Part shown: positions 58,386-64,000 of the stretch, one piece after another | How the letters are laid out: each line of letters opens with the position of its first letter | Numbering within the stretch: the first letter of the stretch is position 1 | Program-made: the position numbers and the translations under genes | Origin: Blastocystis sp. Blastoise | Lineage: Eukaryota > Protista > Bigyra: Opalinata | Assembly (NCBI GenBank): GCA_039096225.1 | Contig: JBBPEB010000015.1 | Coordinates: 1,240,001-1,304,000, forward strand | DNA: 64,000 bases | Direction: 5' to 3' | Notes under the pieces: model-generated | Seen by the model: the letters and a program-made list of their open reading frames with translations, nothing else | Told to the model about the DNA's origin: nothing | The model's database searches: none

Positions 58386-59679
58386 AATCTAGTTTATTAA
58401 AATACATATATATACGATTTTTTGAATTGATCAATATATTTTTGATTATTCATATACATATTATAGATTGTCTTCCATTTTCCATATCTATATATATATA
58501 TATGAATAAATCTATATAATAGAATATACAGATATTAGAAAAATATATAATAAATTAATTTATTTATTTATATTTGTTATAAAGTCATTATAGATAGGAT
58601 AAAAATATAAAAATAATATATAGTGATACTATAATAATGATATATATATATAGTTCAATATACAATGCAATAATATAAGAATCAGCAATATCAGAAGAAG
58701 AATCAAAATCTGTTTTACGATCGATAGGGAGACACATTGAGGGTTCACGTAACTGAACATATTGAATTACACTCAACTTTGTTTTCGAACGATCTCCTGC
58801 AGCTTTTATACCTAATACAGATCTTTACATATATATATAAAATAATTATCAGAAATAGTATTATACTTATATATGAAGAAAATGTATATAATAGTAAAAA
58901 CAATTAATTTTCATTTATATATATAATAATATAAATACTATTAAAATACAATATAAAATTTACATATAATACTTAAAATAATCTATTATAAGTATATAAA
59001 ATAATAAGTATATAAAAACAATATATAATAATATAACAATAAGTCATATATATAATAAATCATATATATATAATAAAAATAGCTAATAAAATAAACATAT
59101 CTATACCTTGCAGAAGATGGATGAACAAGAATGGGTTTTGATTTGAAGAGATGCCAACAATTATATGTAACAATAGCATTAATATCGGCTAATAAAAATA
59201 AATTTTTTGTTTGGAACATACCTACATTGTACGTTTTCATAAACATTTCAATAGAAATAACCCATTTCACCTATAATATATCAATTCCTATTTCAATTGA
59301 CAATTATCACATATACTTTATTATATTTCTTTTTTAAATCCTTGATTTGATGTGTATAATAGTCTGCGATTTCTAGGGAATCTCCATATATGGATTTTTC
59401 TGGAGTCAACAAACCATATTCAACAAGATGATCTTTTGAATCAAGGATAGTATATCCAGTTGAATGTGAACTCAAATCAAATCCAAGATAATATGAATTT
59501 GTTCCTAATTTACTTGTTATTTCTTTGATATTCTTTTGTATATTTTCTTTCTCTGAGTACATCTTTTTCCATGACATTATATCAGCTTTATCTTTATAGG
59601 AATACAACTCACTCAATGATCGAGAACCAAGTGACGTCATTGAATAAAGTAGTTTATTAAATCTAGTTATTGAAATCAT
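58075..59679 (-). CDS. RuvC-like Holliday junction resolvase with putative mitochondrial presequence, about 6 exons
   Basis: YLGFDLSSHSTGYTILD, VISIE, VHPSSARSVLG, K..VIQYV, SDIADSYIIA give the RuvC D-E-D-D layout. N-terminus MISITRFNKLLYSMTSLGSRSLS. Confidence 0.8.
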
Positions 59680-60085
59680 AATATTGAAATCGTATAGATT
59701 TATAGCTAATGGAAACGGAAAAAATTATAATTTATATCTTCTAACTTTATTTAGGACAATTCAAGGATGTAGAATATGTATTTATATTTCATTAAATGGG
59801 AAATACATTAGAAAACGATAATTAAAATTGTTATAGTAATGATTAATCATTTTAAAACAATGTTAACATTATGTTTAATTTTTAGAAGAACATTTAGTCT
59901 ACTTTAAAAAACAATCAACAAGCTTTATATTATATAATTGTTTACTAAAAATGATGAAGCAAATGAATTTCAATTGAATGATAAATAGAAAGAAATGGCA
60001 TAAGAAAATAATTAGAATGAAAATAAGTATGGTTTGTAAAGATTAAATATATATATATAAATATTAATATATATATATAATATGT

Positions 60086-60236
60086 TTATAATGAAGTAGT
60101 AGCCATAGTATTCATACCCATTAACTTGGCCATTTGAGCAAACATAGCTTCTCTTGGCATACAAATAACCTATAAATAATATATATATAATGTTTATTTT
60201 TAATTTCCAGAATATTAATAATACTATATTATATAT

Positions 60237-60272
<36 letters not shown>

Positions 60273-60602
60273 TTCAGTATTGGGAGCTTGAGCAATAGAT
60301 TTTAATACTTCAATATACTTAAGAGCTAATAAATAACGTGTAGGGTCTTCACTCTTAATATCAATTGAATTTGATATTTCTTGAATAGAACGAGCTTCAG
60401 AAACAGCATTATTATATACAGCTTGAGCTTCACCACGAGCTATATAAATGAGAATATAGAGTGTATTCCATGAATCATTTAATGTTAATATATATATATA
60501 TATATAGAAGAAAAAGAGAAGAAACAGATATAAAAAAGAATATATTTATAATTAAAATTCTAAAAATAACAATATAACTATATAATTAATATGAAAAAAA
60601 GA

Positions 60603-60636
<34 letters not shown>

Positions 60637-61964
60637 CTGCAGTAACAAGACGTTGTCCTTCACCTTCTGCTTCTCGAATCTTCTGATCACGTTGACCTTC
60701 AGCGTTAATAACAGCAGTTTGTTTTTCAGTCTTAGCAGTAATAATAATCTTTTTATATATATATATAGAAACAAATGCAAAGACTAAAATATAAATAAAT
60801 ATTGAAAAGAATTTTTTAAAAATTTAAAATATAAATTACAAAAAAAAATGCTAAAAAATAGCAACTCAAATAATTCAAAAATATATATATATACCTTTTT
60901 ATTATTTAAATCAGCGTTTTTCTTTTGAGCGAGAACATCGGTTAAACGATCTGCTTGAACACGTTGTATCTTGACCATTTCAATCTTAACACCCCATAAT
61001 CTAGCGATAGTATCTAATTCCCCGGCAACACGATCCAAAATGGCGGTATCTTCAATAATACGATCGACATCTAAAGAACCAGCAACATCTCTTAACTATA
61101 AATAACAATTAGTATTACATACAACTATTATATATACTAGGTTTAGCAAATTATTTAATAATAAATAAAAATTTTATAATAATTAAATAAGTAATTATTA
61201 TTAAATAAGAAAAACAATATATTTTCGTATTTAAATAGAGACAACATAATATATAACATAAAGAAGAATAAAGAATCTATAGTATCAATATATACTTCAG
61301 CTTGAAGCATCTTAGAAAGTAAATTAGGAAGATTGTGAACAGAATAAACCATAATCTTAGGATTTATAATTCTATATTGTAATACCTATAGAAATATATT
61401 ATATATAGATATCATTGTAAATAATATTATATATATATATATATATACAGCATCAATAAGAATACTAGCATTATCACGAGTAATAACATTTCTATATAAT
61501 TAATTTTTGAGATTATGTTTTTATAAAAATGATTAAAAATAACAAATACTGTTTAGGGAAATCTAAAACTTCATTTTGAAGACTAATGACATAACTATTG
61601 CTCTTTACTTGTTTTAATGTATCTTGGTTATCAGTTATTGTATACGAAACGCTAATTTTCTATTTAAGCAAAAAAAATAAGATGAAGAATTAAATATAGA
61701 AAACATTGTAAAGAATTACCTTTGCTCTATCTAGATAGGGAACAATAAAATGGGGTCCTGGTGTCAGTACATCTTTGAACTTACCCAATCTTTCAATAAC
61801 AACAGCTTCTTTTTCTTGTACACAAAAGATGCACATAGATAAGCAACTGATTAAGAAAATGACAACAAGCACTGCAGCAACTATGACAACTGTAAAATCA
61901 AACTCATCCTAAACAAAAAACAAATAGCAAACAGATGAACTCATTGATGTGATATATTTACCAT
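60086..61964 (-). CDS. Stomatin/band-7 (SPFH) family protein
   Basis: ATG-only first coding exon, TM helix, VQEKEAVVIERLGKF...PGPHFIVPYLDR, NVITRDNA, LRDVAGSLDVD, WGVKIEMVKI, AEGQR, RGEAQA. Confidence 0.92.
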
Positions 61965-63756
61965 ATTCGTGTTTTATTAAATCAAATAAAAATAAGAATT
62001 AACAAAGTATTTGTAATATGAAACAACAAAAATGTAGATCTTCAAATATACAGTTTTACCCGATACAAATAATACGCTCAAACTCACCCTTTTAAAAATC
62101 ACGGTATTTTATTACTTATTAGGAGAAAAATGCATAATTCACACAAAATCATTTTGAATTAGAGAAGAGACCTTTTCTATTAATAATAAGGTTACTATAA
62201 ATTCGGTTTCATTTTTTTTTTGTATTCTTCACTAAAGTATATCTATACTAAGTTTCATTAACAATATGGATTATGTATATCGTATTGAGATCGAATTCTA
62301 TGTTTAAATATCAAATAATTAACTTGAATGGAACAATTTAACTTGTTATTCAAAGGGTTTTCATCCTTTTTTATTTGAGATTCTTGGGAAAATGTATTTC
62401 AGACATAATATCGTTATTATTCACGAAAAAGAAATTCTTAAAAGAGTACAAATGTTGGACAGAATGAGTTTTGGATTGTTGTTAATTCTATAAGGTGAGT
62501 TTGATAAAAGAGTTAATATTAATTAGCATGATATTAATATAGTATTTTGAATCTTAAATGGTTTATTGATGAAATTATAAGAAAAAACGAGAATTGAATT
62601 CAAAAAATGCATTGTATAGTGTTTCTTATATTTGAATCGCTCATAAAATTACTTAGAATGATAAAAAAAATACAATATGAAACCATGATCTCTTGAAGTT
62701 TCATCATATATATGATTGAAGTAAAATAGAATTGTGTAAAGCATCTTTATTAAACATTGAACTAATTATTATTTGAAAAAAATAAATTTAATTAAATTGA
62801 ATATATCAAAAGGTTAATATAAGAATAATAAGAATGATGTTTTTGAGATGTAGTGACATCAAAGGAACCATTTAAAAATAAAAATATACATAAATAAGTA
62901 ATATATACCAATCATCAGCCTAAAAGCTATTTTTGAATAATATTATAATGTAAATATTAAAAAGTATTGTTAAAACTAAGTGGACTATTTATTTTTGTCA
63001 ATAAAATGTTTTTTGCATACATAGTGACATCACACATAAACCTATATATTCCACAATGACTTTTATCTAAGAGAAACCAGTATATTGACAACAATATTTC
63101 GTATACACTTTTATTGTAACCTCATATTTCTAACCCAGTTTCAAAAAGTTATCAAACATATTTTAAGCATAAAGATCATACGACTAACAATGTTAAAAAA
63201 TAATTGTAACAAAAAAAATATGGTTTTTCATAGAATAAGAAGTATATATAAAAGAAACAATTAATACATGTATGAAGATGAAAGAATAATAACAATTTGG
63301 AGTCATTGAACAAGAATTATATATCCTACGTGTGAAAAAATCACATTAAAATCTCACTATTTGTTCTATAGATTTATTTCTATTATATACACTTGAAATC
63401 AATGATGTTACTTGATTATATACAATAAAAAAAGGGATTCAATTGATAATCAAATACCTGAATAATTAACCGTGAGAAACTTGTGATGTATCGGTCCTTT
63501 TTCTAGAAAAACAAAAGCCTTCGACTATTTTAGCCAGAAAAAAAATACTTTCTTTTTTATACAGGAAAGAGTATATTTTTTGACTTTTCTTGTGTACTGG
63601 ACAATTACTTTTTTCTTAAAGAGTGTATGTATATATCTACAAAATAGTTGTAGCAGATTATATGTATTGTTTTGAAGAGATGAGACTTTGGTTTCATTTT
63701 GAAATCAAAAAATAGTTATTCTATTTCTTATGTATATATAAATTTATAGCTCCACA

Positions 63757-64000
63757 ATGGAAAATAATTCAGTCAGACTATTCGAAAATTTATGTAACAC
63801 GATGTATGGTAGTGCTTCAACAAATGCAGACAAACAAAAAGCTTCTGAAACTTTAACTGATTTAACTTCCAACATGAACTTCCTTGGATTAGCTCAGTAT
63901 ATATATTATAATAGTCATTTAAATAATTCTTCAGACAAATTCTTGAGAATTCTACAAATCTTTTTGCTTTATCTATTGTTGGTACTTCTCTTACAAGATT
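63757..64000 (+). CDS. XPO7: Exportin-7/RanBP16-like, 5' end only
   Basis: MENNSVRLFENLCNTMYGS...KQKASETL...AQ|QILENSTNLFALSIVGTSL matches the exportin-7 N-terminus (LE.LC..LY...AE..L...Q.IL.....YA). Confidence 0.7.
   Translation, partial: MENNSVRLFENLCNTMYGSASTNADKQKASETLTDLTSNMNFLGLAQYIYYNSHLNNSSDKFLRILQIFLLYLLLVLLLQD

Overview
Very AT-rich (about 20% GC by eye), gene-dense, intron-rich eukaryotic DNA using the standard genetic code. It is most consistent with an AT-rich Blastocystis-like stramenopile. That is an inference from the surface-protein family at the left edge, TGTTTGTT-type 3' elements and many short introns. I hand-spliced 19 protein-coding genes: a secreted carbohydrate-binding/He_PIG surface protein (partial), UTP4, SPT4, a large unknown helical protein, MTHFS, CENATAC/CCDC84, a fucosyltransferase, cyclin T/K, a GH20 hexosaminidase, a Myb-like factor, an unknown membrane protein, a Rab-like GTPase-FYVE fusion, a thioredoxin-UBA-PUB protein, a Nup188-like protein, a 62-aa microprotein, CRNKL1/Clf1, an intron-containing RuvC-like resolvase, a stomatin and exportin-7 (partial). 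Most supplied ORFs are intron read-throughs or microsatellite artefacts. Main hunt results: (1) a GC-rich semi-palindromic motif (TTCCCGCGGGAA / CACGGGA family) repeatedly written into exons through otherwise avoided synonymous codons; (2) introns bracketed by self-complementary (AT)n at both ends, some being pure GT(AT)nAAG, mostly in deeper gene bodies; (3) a phage/bacterial-type RuvC with a mitochondrial-like presequence; (4) the minor-spliceosome factor CENATAC plus a candidate 39-nt U12 intron. CDS coordinates are gene spans including introns. No tRNA, rRNA, CRISPR array or transposase was recognised.
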